Assembly (NCBI RefSeq): GCF_006345805.1
Contig: NC_042998.1
Coordinates: forward strand, 8,370,001 to 8,434,000
Length of the DNA: 64,000 nt
Source: Octopus sinensis
Taxonomy: Eukaryota
Reading direction: 5' to 3'
Every line of letters begins with the position of its first letter. Within the stretch, counting starts at the first letter, position 1. The position numbers were made by a program, and so were the translations under genes. The notes under the pieces are model-generated. The model was not told where the DNA came from, searched no databases, and worked only from the letters and a program-made list of their open reading frames with translations. This document shows, piece by piece, positions 36,178 to 49,065 of this stretch.

Positions 36178-36346
36178 AAACGGGAAGGTTTACGAAACTA
36201 AACAAAAGACGAAGGCAGGTTTACAAAAATGAACAAAAGACGAAGGCGGGTGGAGTACAAACAAACAATTGTATTAGTATGGCGCTCAGGGATAGAAATA
36301 AAACAAGTTTTTAACGTTTCGAGCCTACGCTCTTCGACAGAAAGAT
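36178..36346 (-). mobile_element. Short Penelope-related element with variant hammerhead motif
   Basis: Homologous to 33929-34115; TCTTT-CTGTCGAA-GAGCGTAGGCTC-GAAACGTT; (TA)n on both sides. Confidence 0.55.
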
Positions 36347-36359
36347 ATATATATATATA

Positions 36360-36610
36360 CTAGCAGTATCGCCCGGCGTTGCTCGGGTTTGTAAGGGAAA
36401 TAACTATATAAGCATTTTTAGAGAGTTATAGCCAAAAAATAGCAAAAAAATTATGGTAAATTTTTTTTAAATCGTTGACTCATCGTAGACATTTTTAGAG
36501 AGTTACTATAAGATACTCGGTTTTGGTTAAACTGCACCGCAAAATGTGGGAGTAGTTAGGAATCTAAATCATAGGAGACAGACACACAACTTCACTTTTA
36601 TATATAAAGA
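36360..36610 (-). mobile_element. Non-autonomous Helitron (short variant)
   Basis: A|TCTTTATATATAAAAG 5' end and CCCGAGCAACGCCGGG hairpin then CTAG|T 3' end on the minus strand. Confidence 0.8.
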
Positions 36611-37089
36611 TTTCAGAAAAGCAAGAAAATGTTTCCGATACGACTTTAAGAAATACTTTAAAAGGGAAAAACGTGAGAAAAAAAAGAAAAAATTAATAAT
36701 CTAAATTAACGATAGACAATAACATGTGCCTTCTCGCATATAAACACAGTATTCACACATATACAAACATGCGCTGATGCAATTATTGAAGTACTAAATG
36801 GCACGTCAAATGATATTTAATCGTGTGGAACATTTTACATGCATATCAATATTCTAAAGTTGGACATGCTATCCCTTATCCTAAAGCTGCTTCAGACAAT
36901 TAGGAAGGGTTCCCGACTCGTTGCACCGTCTGCTTTCAATCTTGGATTGTGATTCGGCTCAGCCCAAACTCTCTCAGATTTTGTCTGCTGTTGCCTACTC
37001 CTACAAGGATTGCACCTGTTTTTTGTTCCTGATTTAACTCAGATTTGTCCTAGAGCCCATAGAAGATTGTTTTTAGTCAACCATCCATC

Positions 37090-38533
37090 ATGTCAGCTAC
37101 CTACGGATCGAAACTGAGATCTGCAAGATGATGGTCCTACCAATAGTCAGCTCAACGAGCAGTTGCTGTTGCTCAAACAAGAGGTCGAGCACCTAAAGTC
37201 TGTTGTTGCTCTTTTACTGAATAAACAGTCTCCTGTTGACGCAGAGTCACCCTTGATTTCTTCCCTGGAGATGTCCAAACCGAAGGGAACAAAATCGAAG
37301 CGACCAAAGAAGGCGAAGGAACCGGCGGTCGTTTCTGCACATAATCATTCCTGTGCGGATTCTTCCTCATCTGCCTTTTCGGTCCCGGAGGTTCCCCAAC
37401 CTAATTTGAGGAGCGTAGACTCAAACCCACCTGAAGACCGTTGTTCTCCCCAAAAGAAGAAACGTCGTCAAAACTCCAGTGGGGCAGATTTAGCTATGAA
37501 ACCTGACCACGATAAACGGTCTCCTGTTGACGCAGAGTCACCCTTGATTTCTTCCCTGGAGACGTCCAAACCGAAGGGAACAAAATCGAAGCGGCCAAAG
37601 AAGGCGAAGGAACCGGCGGTCGTTTCTGCACATGATCGTTCCTGTGCGGATTCTTCCTCATCTGCCTTTTCGGTCCCGGAGGTTCCCCAACCTAATTTGA
37701 GGAGCGAAGACTCAAACCCACCTGAAGACCGTTGTTCTCCCCAAAAGAAGAAACGTCGTCAAAACTCCAGTGGGGCAGATTTAGCTATGAAACCTGATCA
37801 CGATAAAATCTGTTTGGATTCTCCCTCACTTGTCCTTCCCATTAATGCCATTGCTCAACCAATTCTGAACGATCTCGATGTGAGTTCATCTGGGGAGTGG
37901 TGCTCCCCCAAACCGAAGAAGAGGCAGTGCAGTTCCAAACCAGGCGGGAAAATTATGACCACTAAACCCATTCCGATCGACCCCACAGGCCGACATAAGT
38001 CCGATGGCTATGAAACCACCCTTTCGAAATCTTCCAATGAAGAATCGAATACCGCAGCTCATAGTAGAGAACATTTTGCCCACTCAAGATCAGCAATAAT
38101 TTATGGTAAAGCTGAATCCACCTGTGATACAGGCATAAACTGCCTAAAAGATGACATTAATTTTGTTTCCATTTTAGTTGGAGAATTGTTCTCTGTGAAC
38201 GAAAATGTCAGTGTCCATAAGGTCGCTCGGTTAGGAAGATTCCAAGCGAACCCAACCTCAGATACTAGATCACGCCCAATAAGGGTAATCTTTTCTTCCG
38301 ATCGGGAGGCTTCAGTCTTTCTGAACAGAGCTCAGACGCATGCCTGGGAGGACCCCAATATGGGTTTTCGCGAGGAATACTCACTAAGAGAGAGAATTCG
38401 CCGGAGAAACCTAATATCCGAACTAAAAATGAGGAAACAAATGGGAGAGAAGGGTTTACGAATCCAAGATGGACAGATAATCAAGTCCTACCTCTGGTCC
38501 CATGCTGTAGTGCTGACAGGGAAAGTGATGTGA
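37090..38533 (+). pseudogene. LINE ORF1 (coiled-coil-like N-terminus, basic low-complexity duplication, CR1-type C-terminal domain); 1-bp frameshift near 37125
   Basis: ATG at 37090 runs into TGA after 13 codons but joins the 37163-38533 frame with a single-base shift; C-terminus RLGR...RPIRVIFSS...LRERIRRRNLISELKMR resembles CR1-type ORF1. Confidence 0.75.
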
Positions 38534-41422
38534 GGGCAAATCGAAGTGAAGTTGATACCCCCGTCAACGATGCTATCTCTGATACCCCTTATTCTGCTTG
38601 TTCCCCAACTCCCGCTCCTCAGACTTCACAGCTCAGCATCGTCTACACCAACTCGTGCTCCTTATTCCCAAAGTTCAGTGAACTATTTACACTGGCCATA
38701 CGTGACTCCTCTGATGTGATAGCTATCACCGAGACTTGGCTGACTCCAGCAGTAAAGTACTCAGAAATCCACCTGCAGGGCTACGTCCTTTTCAGATGTG
38801 ACAGAGGAAAAAGGCGAGGTGGAGGTGTTGCTGTGTATGTTAAGTCTGAGCACAAAGTCTGAGCACAGCGGTATTCTACCCACTAATGCTCAACCTACAA
38901 CAAAATTCGATGCCGTCTATTGCAAGCTGAGCCTATCTGAGTTTTGCCTGCCCGTGTTGGCTGTCTACAGGCCGCTTCTTGCCGACCCCCAGGACGATGC
39001 TCATTTACTCGAAGCGATACGATTCGTTTCAGCTTCGCATGACTGTTTGGTACTAGGAGACTTCAACGCTCCCACGATCGATTGGCCCGCATCAATTTGT
39101 ACAACATCTTCCCGGTTCGGCCAGGCCCTTCTTGACGTGGCTGAAGATTGTTTTCTATCGCAACATGTTGAATATCCGACAAGGCATCGGTCTGGGCAGC
39201 AGCCATCTATGCTAGATCTGGTATTCTCCCGCTATCCAAGATCAGTGTCAGACGTATCTGTGTGCGCCCCTCTTGCCAAGAGTGATCATGCGGTCCTGAA
39301 GTTCGTCATGCATACAACTTTTTCTACGCCCACGACTACTTCGCTGCCACGTAGAGTCTTCTCTGCAATTAATCTTGAAATTCTAACCGAGGCTTTCGCG
39401 CTTCTGGACTGGCGATCCCTGATGACGTTGTCCTCAGTTGACGAACTATGGTCATCCCTCAAAGCATATGTAATCTGTTTGACTGACCAGGCAGTTCCCG
39501 TTGGACTTCCCAAGAGGAAGAAACACAAGCCCTGGGTGACGAAGAAGGTTAAACGAGAACGTCGACTCAGAGATATTGCTTGGGCTGAATTCAAAAATCT
39601 GGATTCGACTGCAGCTTTTGAGGTGTACAAAACTCAACGAGACCGAGCCGTGAAAATTGAAAAGAAAGAACGCTTCAGTTATGAATACAAAATCGCGGCA
39701 AATGCCAGTAGCAATCCAAAAACCTTCTTTGCCCATGTCCAGCGGAATTCCCGCTTGAACAACCAGATTGCAACGTTGGTAGACTCAACAGGCGTATCGA
39801 TTGAGGACCCTTATCAACAGAGTCAATTATTTGCCGAGGCTTTTTCAACTATTTTCAAACAAGATGATGGTCGTGAACCCCCTCCATTTGATAGATCGGT
39901 TCCTCCAATGCTTCGATTGGTCATCACGCGGGACGAAGTCAAACGTGTTATTCAAGGCCTCGATGTCAACAAGGGTCACGGCCCTGACGGCATACACCCA
40001 CGGGTTATCAAAGCGTTGGCTCCGGTCATCTGCGAGCCCTTAACACGACTATTCAATATGTCATTGGCGACGGGTGTTATACCTGCAGACTGGAGAACAG
40101 CGATAATCTGCCCAATTTTCAAGAAAGGGAGCCGCGAAGACCCGCTCAACTACCGACCGGTTTCCCTTACATCAATAATCAGCAAGATGTTCGAAACCAT
40201 CCTTAAGAAAAGTATGATGCTCCACCTCCTAAACACAGCCTCTATCTCTGATTCCCAACACGGCTTCGTGCCGAAGAGATCAGGCTTGACCAATTTACTA
40301 ATAATGGAAGAATTGGTGACGCGCATCCTCGATGATAGTGATGCTGTTGACATCGTTTTATTGGACTTTGCCAAAGCTTTTGACTCGGTAAACCACCGCC
40401 TATTACTTGTCAAGCTTCAAGCATATAGTTTCCATCCGGATATTGTACGATGGGTTGGTGCCTTCCTCTCAGATCGCTCCTTCCAAGTCCAAGTTAATGG
40501 TTCGCAGTCCGACGTCTCCAGTGCGAGCAGTGGCGTGCCTCAAGGTTCAGTGCTTGGGCCCTTGTTGTTCTTAGTCTTCATAAATGACTTGCCCGACGAC
40601 CTCACGCAACACACCCTTCTATTTGCCGACGATATCAAACTGGTCGCTCCTCGCGGTAATATAGAGGATCTTCGTCGATGCCTCCACCAAATTTGGAAGT
40701 GGTCTAACGATTGGGACCTGTGTCTGAACGTGTCAAAGTGCTGTCATCTGCCTGTCGGCTCTACTCCTGCAACTCAACTTGATTTCGAGCCGGGTCGTCT
40801 GCTGCTGGAGAGGACCGATCAGGTAAAGGACCTGGGTATCTTGGTGGATTCCTCCTTTTCGCCTTCGGCCCAGTGCGTCCATGCTGCCAACAAAGCACGC
40901 GGAATTCTGTTCTTGATTCGACGGTCATTCGGAATGCTCACAGCAGCCATATTCCTACCACTCTATGTCACGCTGGTGAGACCCATATTGGAGTATGGGA
41001 TTCAAGCCTCTTCTCCTTATCTCCTCAAAGACATACAGCATCTCGAAAGAGTCCAGAAGCTGGCTACCCGCATGGTCCATGGTCTCAAAAATTTGTCCTA
41101 CGAAGAAAGGCTGAGGACGCTCGACCTTTATTCTCTTGAAAAACGCCGCCGCCGTGGTGATCTCATTCTCGCCCACAACATCATAAGCGGAAAGTGTAAC
41201 CTCTCGAAAGAGCTGTTCTTCACTCCTGCTCCAGAGCGTCGACTGCGGGGTCATTCCGAAAAGCTCTACCTGCGACGATTTCATCTCAATCGAAGGAGAG
41301 GAGCTTTCTCCGTCCGGGTTGCGGATCCGTGGAACAAGCTGCTAGACGAGATGGTGAAGATGCCGACGACCGCTTTGTTCAAAGCCACCCTGGACCTCAA
41401 GTGGCCTGAACTCTTTACATGA
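38530..41422 (+). pseudogene. LINE ORF2 (APE endonuclease plus RT) split by one 13-bp duplication
   Basis: 38530-38862 has YTN, AITETWL, RCDR, GGGVAVYV; 38798-41422 has GDFN, SDH, GPDG, NYRPVSLTS, DFAKAFD, GVPQGSVLGP, FADD, LEKRRRRGDLI. Removing aagtctgagcaca (38855-38867) restores one frame. Confidence 0.93.
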
Positions 41423-41622
41423 ACACCACCCTGTACTTAACTCCATGTCCCCCTACATGGCCTTGCTATTTGCTTTTGAGCCAAATTAACTAACTAACTA
41501 ACTAACGACTTACGAGATTTATGATACCTAAAAAATAATTAATTTAGTAAAAGAGTAATAAATGTTTTACAGGTGAGATATAGAGTCACGTGAACATTAC
41601 GGACCGTCGTAATTCGTACTTT

Positions 41623-42030
41623 GGATATTTTCGGTTTGAACTGCAGTTTTTAATATAATTTATAGGTAACTAAAAAATTTTAACTTCTTATACTGGTGGA
41701 ATGTGTTATAAAACATCTTTTTCTCTTGGTTTTATTGAGAAAATTCTATAGTTTGTAAGATATTTGTTGGGTTTTTTCTTCAATTTCTGCAATTTCAACC
41801 AATCAATTACGTCTATTGAGGTAAACAACATTTTGTGCCGTATGAATATGTCCCTCGTTTAAGAAACAGACTATGTTTATTTACATTTCTGAAGAAAAAA
41901 GATAACCCCCCTCCCCTCTAACCCTAAAATAGATTGAACTGCAATAAGATCGATACCAGGGTCATAATTATGGGTGAATATTTCATATGACACCGCTAGA
42001 AAAAACTGCCGTTCAAACCGAAAAGATCCC
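41623..42030. mobile_element. MITE-like element with TIRs of about 29 bp
   Basis: ggatattttcggtttgaactgcagttttt versus the reverse complement of aaaaactgccgttcaaaccgaaaagatcc (2 mismatches). Confidence 0.6.
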
Positions 42031-42284
42031 GTAATTTTCATTCACGTTTATTATCAAATCAACACAATTACAGATTACGCTTAGGATAATATCATTTTTT
42101 TTAAAATAGAAATATTAAAATTCTCAGATTGAAAGGATTAAATAAAACAACTACTACGAAATAAAATAAAAGATATTACAAAATATGGAAGAACTAATTA
42201 AATACAGCTGTATAAGTGTAAGTATAAATCAGTCACTGTACTAAATAGAAATAGGTATAATATTTCTAAGCTAGGGTAAAAATT

Positions 42285-42475
42285 ATCGCTTCTCGGCCTT
42301 TTGGCTAAGATCAAAGTGTAGTATCTGTTCTTATCAGCTTAATATCTGATACGGTCCCTATTTGGGACCATCGATATTAAACTGATTTTTAGAACGAGGC
42401 GAAGAGTTAGGGGCTTGCTCCGCCTTTGCCACGGGTTGGCCTGGTATAGCAGTACTTCTAGGATTCAGCCCATCT
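42285..42475 (+). ncRNA. U2: U2 spliceosomal snRNA (full length; gene or recent pseudogene)
   Basis: ATCGCTTCTCGGCCTTTTGGCTAAGATCAAAGTGTAGTATCTGTTCTTATCAG 5' end with branch-point recognition sequence, stems IIa and IIb, Sm site ATTTTTAG, stems III and IV. Confidence 0.95.
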
Positions 42476-42826
42476 CCCACCCGGGAGATATAAACAAATT
42501 AAAAACAGACTTAATATCCTGACATCCCTTCTACCACCTTCCAGGAAGGGATCAGACCTGCATTCCGCTGCCGTTATTTTCATTTAATCTTAGATGTAAT
42601 TACATACATCCACATCTTCTGCTGTCCACCCATCGTTTGCCTTGTTTTACTCATACAAATAATATCCTGGAAGCTTTTCGTCTTCCGTTTTTGATACAAG
42701 GCTTGTGGTTTTGACTGCTATTTCTAATCACTCCGGTCTGTCATAGTAAGTATAAATTGCAAAGCAACAGTTAGTTACTGCAAGATAGAAAGCCACCCTT
42801 ATAATTTGTTTTTTAATTATAAAATA

Positions 42827-43198
42827 CAAGCAGTATCGCCCGGCGTTGCTCGGGTTTGTAAGGGAAATAACTATATAAGCATTTTTAGAGAGTTATAGCC
42901 AAAAAAATGCTTTAAATATGGAAAAAAAAATTTTTTTAATCGTTGACTCATCGTAGACATTTTTAGAGAGTTACTTCCCTTATATAATAGCGAAAAAATG
43001 CATTAAAATGGAAAAAAATTATGGTAATTTTTTTTTAAATCGTAGACGCGCGCTAATACCCAGAAGGGCTCGATATGAATCACGACTATAAGATACCCGG
43101 TTTTGGTTAAACTGCACCGCAAAATGTGGGAGTAGTTAGGAATCTAAATCGTAGGAGACAGACAGCACAGAACCTCACTTTTATATATATATAGAAGA
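42827..43198 (-). mobile_element. Non-autonomous Helitron (3' CTAG mutated)
   Basis: Homologous to 44449-44846; terminus reads caag instead of ctag on the plus strand. Confidence 0.75.
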
Positions 43199-43416
43199 TA
43201 TATATATAAAATCCAAAAACAGAAAAAACAACAACGAGAGGACGTGGTACATGCAAAATATTAATAAGACGCTGAGGAAAGGTAAGAAAGGGTGCTTTAC
43301 TTTTCGAACAAAGCTCTTCTTCGGAAAAAGGAGACAGAGGAAAGTCCAAGAAAAAGAAGACACGGGGAGTCACCAACAATCCACGCACACGCGCACGCAC
43401 GCACACACACACACAC

Positions 43417-43487
<71 letters not shown>

Positions 43488-44448
43488 TGGATATAGATAT
43501 ATAGATATCATCATCATCATCATCAGTTAGTCCATAAGAAAGTAGTACACTCTGAAAGAGAAATAGAGGTGTAATATATTTGTATTATCAAGCAATATGT
43601 TCTTTCATTCCACTCTTCGTGCTTTCGTTTCCCCTCTCTCACATTTCCTGGCCTTCTCTTCATGCTCTCCTTCCCTCCTCTTTCACTCCACTCTGTCCCG
43701 TTCATTTTTTCTCGACCCTCCTTATTTCTTCTGTCCCTCTGCATCTACCTCTCTCTCTTCTCTCCCCACGTGACCGGTGTTCGACCAAGCCTGACCTCTC
43801 TTTCTTGGTTCAGCCGCTGTCCGTACAACATCTATATTCTTCGCTGTGCCTGTGAAATCTTGTATCCCTGCCGTAAGGCTTTACTTCCACACATACCAGC
43901 TTAATTTAATTCGTCCTTAGTCGAAAGACACCTGTTGTTATGTCCTGTTATTTGTATTTGTGTAACCTTCTCCGTTTTTTTCCGTCCTTGTTTTCGTATA
44001 CATTCGCTGCTTTCTTCCAAGGTAACTAATGCTCTTAGCTTAGTTTTTCCTTGGGGCTGTTTTTTTTTAAATGTAGTTCTGCATGAAAAAACATTAGTAC
44101 AATATTTGCAAATTAACAACTTAAAAACCAAATAAACAGAGAACGTTAAAACACACAGCCCGATCTGGGAATTGAACTCACTACCTCATTATTGTGAACC
44201 CGACGCTCTAACCACTTAGCCATGCTTAAGTTTACTCATCTATAGAAATGAGTTACGAAGTCACCTTTATCGGCCTTTGACTTTCTCTGAGACAACATCG
44301 ATGGCGTGGACAGGGGAGAACGGTATGCATGCACGATTGCTGGTCATTCATAAACAGCCTTGCCCGGACTTTCTAGGGGCAATCCCATGGTCATTCATGA
44401 GTGTCTACTTTGCGAAGGCAGTTTTTACTGTACTAATATATATTATAA

Positions 44449-44846
44449 CTAGCAGTATCGCCCGGCGTTGCTCGGATTGGTAAGGGAAATAACTATATAA
44501 GCATTTTTAGAGAGTTATAACCAAAAAATAGCAAAAAAATGCATTAAAAATGGGAAAAAAAATGATAGTAAATTTTTTTTTTTAATCGTTGACTCATCGT
44601 AGACATTTTTAGAGAGTTACTTCCCTTATATAATAGCGAAAAAATGCATTAAAATGGAAAAAAATTATGGTAAATTTTTTTTAAATCGTACACTCATCGT
44701 AGACGCGCGCTAATACCCAGAAGGGCTCGATATGAATGACGACTATAAGATACCGGTTTTGGTTAAACTGTACCACAAAATGTGGGAGTAGTTAGGAATC
44801 TAAATCGTAGGAGACAGACACACAACTTCACTTTTATATATAAAGA
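44449..44846 (-). mobile_element. Non-autonomous Helitron (duplicated at 46930-47319)
   Basis: TC...hairpin-CTAG termini between A and T. Confidence 0.8.
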
Positions 44847-44957
44847 TAATAAGTGAAGTTTGCATACATTTTTACAAGTCCGCATTCACTATCAAGGTAG
44901 ACAACTCTTGTTTGCTTACTAAGAGTTATTTACCGAGTTTAAACGCTTAGCATATAT

Positions 44958-45166
44958 TCTTTTATTCTTAAATTGTTTCAGTCATTTTGACTGTGGCCAT
45001 GCTGGAGCACAGCCTTTGGTCGAGCAAATCGACCCCATGACTTATTCTTTGTAAGCCTAGTACTTATTCTATCGGTCTCTTTTGCCGAACCGCTAAGTTA
45101 CGGGGACATAAACACTCCAGCATCGGTTGTCAAGCGATGTTGGGTGGGACAAACACAGACGCACAA

Positions 45167-45213
<47 letters not shown>

Positions 45214-45395
45214 TACATATAAATATATATTACATACGACAGGCTTCTTTCAGTTTCCATCTACCAATCCACTCACAAGGCTTGGTCGGCCTGAGGCTAA
45301 TAGTAGAAGACACTTGACCAATGTGTCACGCAGTGGGACTGAACCCGGAACCATGTGGTTGGTAAGCAAGCTACTTACCACACAGCACTCCTGCG
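44958..45395 (-). mobile_element. SINE family A (duplicated at 47428-47873)
   Basis: Reverse complement of the consensus. Confidence 0.85.
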
Positions 45396-45595
45396 AATAT
45401 TAATTTGGTTTCCCTCAATGTATCCCACTGCAAATACAACCATTAAAACAAATTAATCTATCTAACAAACCATAAAACAAATTAATCTATGCTACTTTGC
45501 ATTTAAAAATATTGAATTCTTTGACTTCTACAGTAAAATAGCTTTCTCTTCTTTAAACACTTGACAAAATCATAATTCGATATAATTATAGAAGA

Positions 45596-46032
45596 CTAGC
45601 AGCATAGCCCGGCGTTGTTGCCCGGATATGTAAGAGCCCCTAGTAGGCAACGACTTCTCCCAATCTAGTCCTTTCCCTCTAGGGAACGAAGGCGCATGTG
45701 TAGGTTGCAATGTCTTCTCTTCACTCGAATACTTCTGTGTATACGATGTTCCTAGCTGTCCCTTTGGGCGATAAATAGGTCGAGTTGTGTCCCCTAGACA
45801 GAAAATGCGTTGCATGTAAAAAGCTTAGATTCTCGACCCCATGTCGAATTTATCGATTTTTTTCACAACTGGGGAAACTTTTCAAAATTTTCGCTGCGTT
45901 AGTTTTGAATTATGACATTGGGCTGTGTGTGTGTGTCAAGTTTCATCAGAATCGGTTGAAAGCCGTGGTCAGGGTGAGGGTACAACCTGACAGACACACA
46001 GACAGACAAACTGCCGTTTATATATAGAGAGA
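45596..46032 (-). mobile_element. Non-autonomous Helitron, second subfamily (duplicated at 48048-48478)
   Basis: TC 5' end shared with 35785-36167; 3' end ...gccgggctatgctgCTAG. Confidence 0.75.
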
Positions 46033-46310
46033 TGTTTGAGTAACTAATAAACAAAAATTATATTTTGGATTCTATTTCAAGCTTTGAATGATCAAATTTC
46101 ATCATATGGAGATATATACATTTATAACATTCAACATTTATATAGAAATATAAACACGGCGATGCCTGTTATCATTCGTCTTATGCCATCAATAATATAA
46201 AGATTAAGAATATGTTTGCTAGACATAACAAAATTCATTTAATACTCGAAACCCGTGTTAACAATCGCGTTGTGTTTATTTGCATCTAACACTGATGATA
46301 ATACACGTAC

Positions 46311-46350
<40 letters not shown>

Positions 46351-46376
46351 TTTGTGTGTGTGTGAGTGTTTGTGTG

Positions 46377-46422
<46 letters not shown>

Positions 46423-46440
46423 TTGTGTGTTTTTGTGTGT

Positions 46441-46489
<49 letters not shown>

Positions 46490-47645
46490 AGTGTAGATTA
46501 AGAATGTAATCAAACCAACTTACCCAATTATTGACTTATTGAATAAACAGTTTCTTCCCATTTTTGCTCTGCCACTAATTTCTCCCTCGATTTATACGCC
46601 TTTTTTAATGTTAGAGCATCCTTTCGGGGTCGATAAATTAAGTACCAGTTACGGGAATAACTCACTACCTCATTATTGTGAACCCGCCCTCTAACCACTT
46701 AAGCCATGCTTAAGTTTACTCATCTGTAGAAATAGTTACGAAGTCACCTTTATCGGCCTTTGACTTTCTCTGAGACAACATCGATGGCGTGGACAGGGGA
46801 GAACGGTATGCATGCACGATTGCTGGTCATTCATAAACAGCCTTGCCCGACTTTCTAGGGGCAATCTCATGGTCATTCATGAGTGTCTACTTTGCGAAGG
46901 CAGTTTTTACTGTACTAATAATATTATAACTAGCAGTATCGCCCGGCGTTGCTCGGATTGTAAGGGAAATAACTATATAGCATTTTTAGAGAGGAACCAA
47001 AAATAGCAAAAAAATGCATTAAAAATGGGAAAAAAATGATGGTAATTTTTTTTTTAAATCGTTGACTCATCGTAGACATTTTTAGAGAGTTACTTCCCTT
47101 ATATAATAGCGAAAAAATGCATTAAAATGGAAAAAAATTATGGTAAATTTTTTTTAAATCGTACACTCATCGTAGACGCGCGCTAATACCCAGAAGGGCT
47201 CGATATGAATCACGACTATAAGATACCGGTTTTGGTTAAACTGTACCGCAAAATGTGGGAGTAGTTAGGAATCTAAATCGTAGGAGACAGACACACAACT
47301 TCACTTTTATATATAAAGATAATAAGTGAAGTTTGCATACGTTATTTACAAGTCCGCATTCACTATCAAGGTAGACAACTCTTGTTTGCTTTACTAAGAG
47401 TTATTTACCGAGTTTAAACGCTTTAGCATATATTCTTTTATTCTTTAAATTGTTTCAGTCATTTTGACTGTGGCCATGCTGGAGCACAGCCTTTGGTCGA
47501 GCAAATCGACCCCATGACTTATTCTTTGTAAGCCTAGTACTTATTCTATCGGTTTCTTTTGCCGAACCGCTAAGTTACGGGGACATAAACACTCCAGCAT
47601 CGGTTGTCAAGCGATGTTGGGTGGGGGACAAACACAGACGCACAA

Positions 47646-47690
<45 letters not shown>

Positions 47691-49065
47691 TACATATATA
47701 TATATATATACATACGACGGGCTTCTTTCAGTTTCCATCTACCAAATCCACTCACAAGGCTTTGGTCGGCCTGAGGCTATAGTAGAAGACACTTGACCAA
47801 TGTGTCACGCAGTGGGACTGAACCCGGAACCATGTGGTTGGTAAGCAAGCTACTTACCACACAGCCACTCCTGTGAATATTAATTTGGTTTTCCTCAAGG
47901 TATCCCACTGCAAATACAAATCATTAAAACAAATTAATCTATGCTACTTTGCATTTAAAAATATTGAATTCTTTGACTTCTACAGTAAAATAGCTTTCTC
48001 TTCTTTAAACATTTGACAAAATCATAATTCGATATAATTATAGAAGACTAGCAGCATAGCCCGGCGTTGCCCGGATATGTAAGAGCCCCTAGTAGGCAAC
48101 GACTTCTCCCAATCTAGTCCTTTCCCTCTAGGGAACGAAGGCGCATGTGTAGGTTGCAATGTCTTCTCTTCACTCGAATACTTCTGTGTATACGATGTTC
48201 CTAGCTGTCCCTTTGTGCGATAAATAGGTCGAGTTGTGTCCCCTAGACAGAAAATGCGTTGCATGTAAAAAGCTTAGATTCTCGACCCCATGTCGAATTT
48301 ATCGATTTTTTTCACAACTGGGGAAACTTTTCAAAATTTTCGCTGCGTTAGTTTTGAATTATGACATTGGGCTATGTGTGTGTCAAGTTTCATCAGAATC
48401 GGTTGAAAGCCGTGGTCAGGGTGAGGGTACAACCTGACGACACACAGACAGACAAACTGCCGTTTATATATAGAGAGATGTTTGAGTAGCTAATAAACAA
48501 AAAATTATATTTTGGATTCTATTTCAAGCTTTGAATGATCAATTTCATCATATGGAGATATATACATTTATAACATTCAACATTTATATAGAAAATATAA
48601 CACGGCGATGCCTGTTATCTTCGTCATTCGTCTGATGCCATCAATAATATAAAGATTAAGAATATGTTTGCTAGACATAACAAAATTCATTTAATACTCG
48701 AAACCCGTGTTAACAATCGCGTTGTGTTTATTTGCATCTACACTGATGATAATACACGTACGGTGTGTGTGTGTGTGTGTGTGGTGTGTGGTGTGTGTGT
48801 GTTTGTGTGTGTGTGAGTGTTTGTGTGTTTGTGTTGTGTGGTGTGTGTGTGGTGTTTGTGTGTGTGTGTGTTTGTGTGTTTTTGTGTGTTGTGAGTGTGT
48901 GTGTGTGTGTGTGTGTGTTGTGTGTGTGTGTGTGTGCGTGAGTGTAGATTAAGAATGTAATCAAACCACTTACCCAATTATTGACTTATTGAATAAACAG
49001 TTTCTTCCATTTTTTGCTCTGCCACTAATTTCTCCTCGATTTATACGCCTTTTTTAATGTTAGAG

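Larger units (their letters stand above)
36900..41506 (+). mobile_element. Near-full-length CR1-type LINE (5' UTR, ORF1, ORF2, 3' UTR, (TAAC)n tail)
   Basis: Two consecutive ORFs; 3' UTR with CCATGT-cccct-ACATGG hairpin and (TAAC)n tail at about 41486-41506; 5' boundary approximate. Confidence 0.92.
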
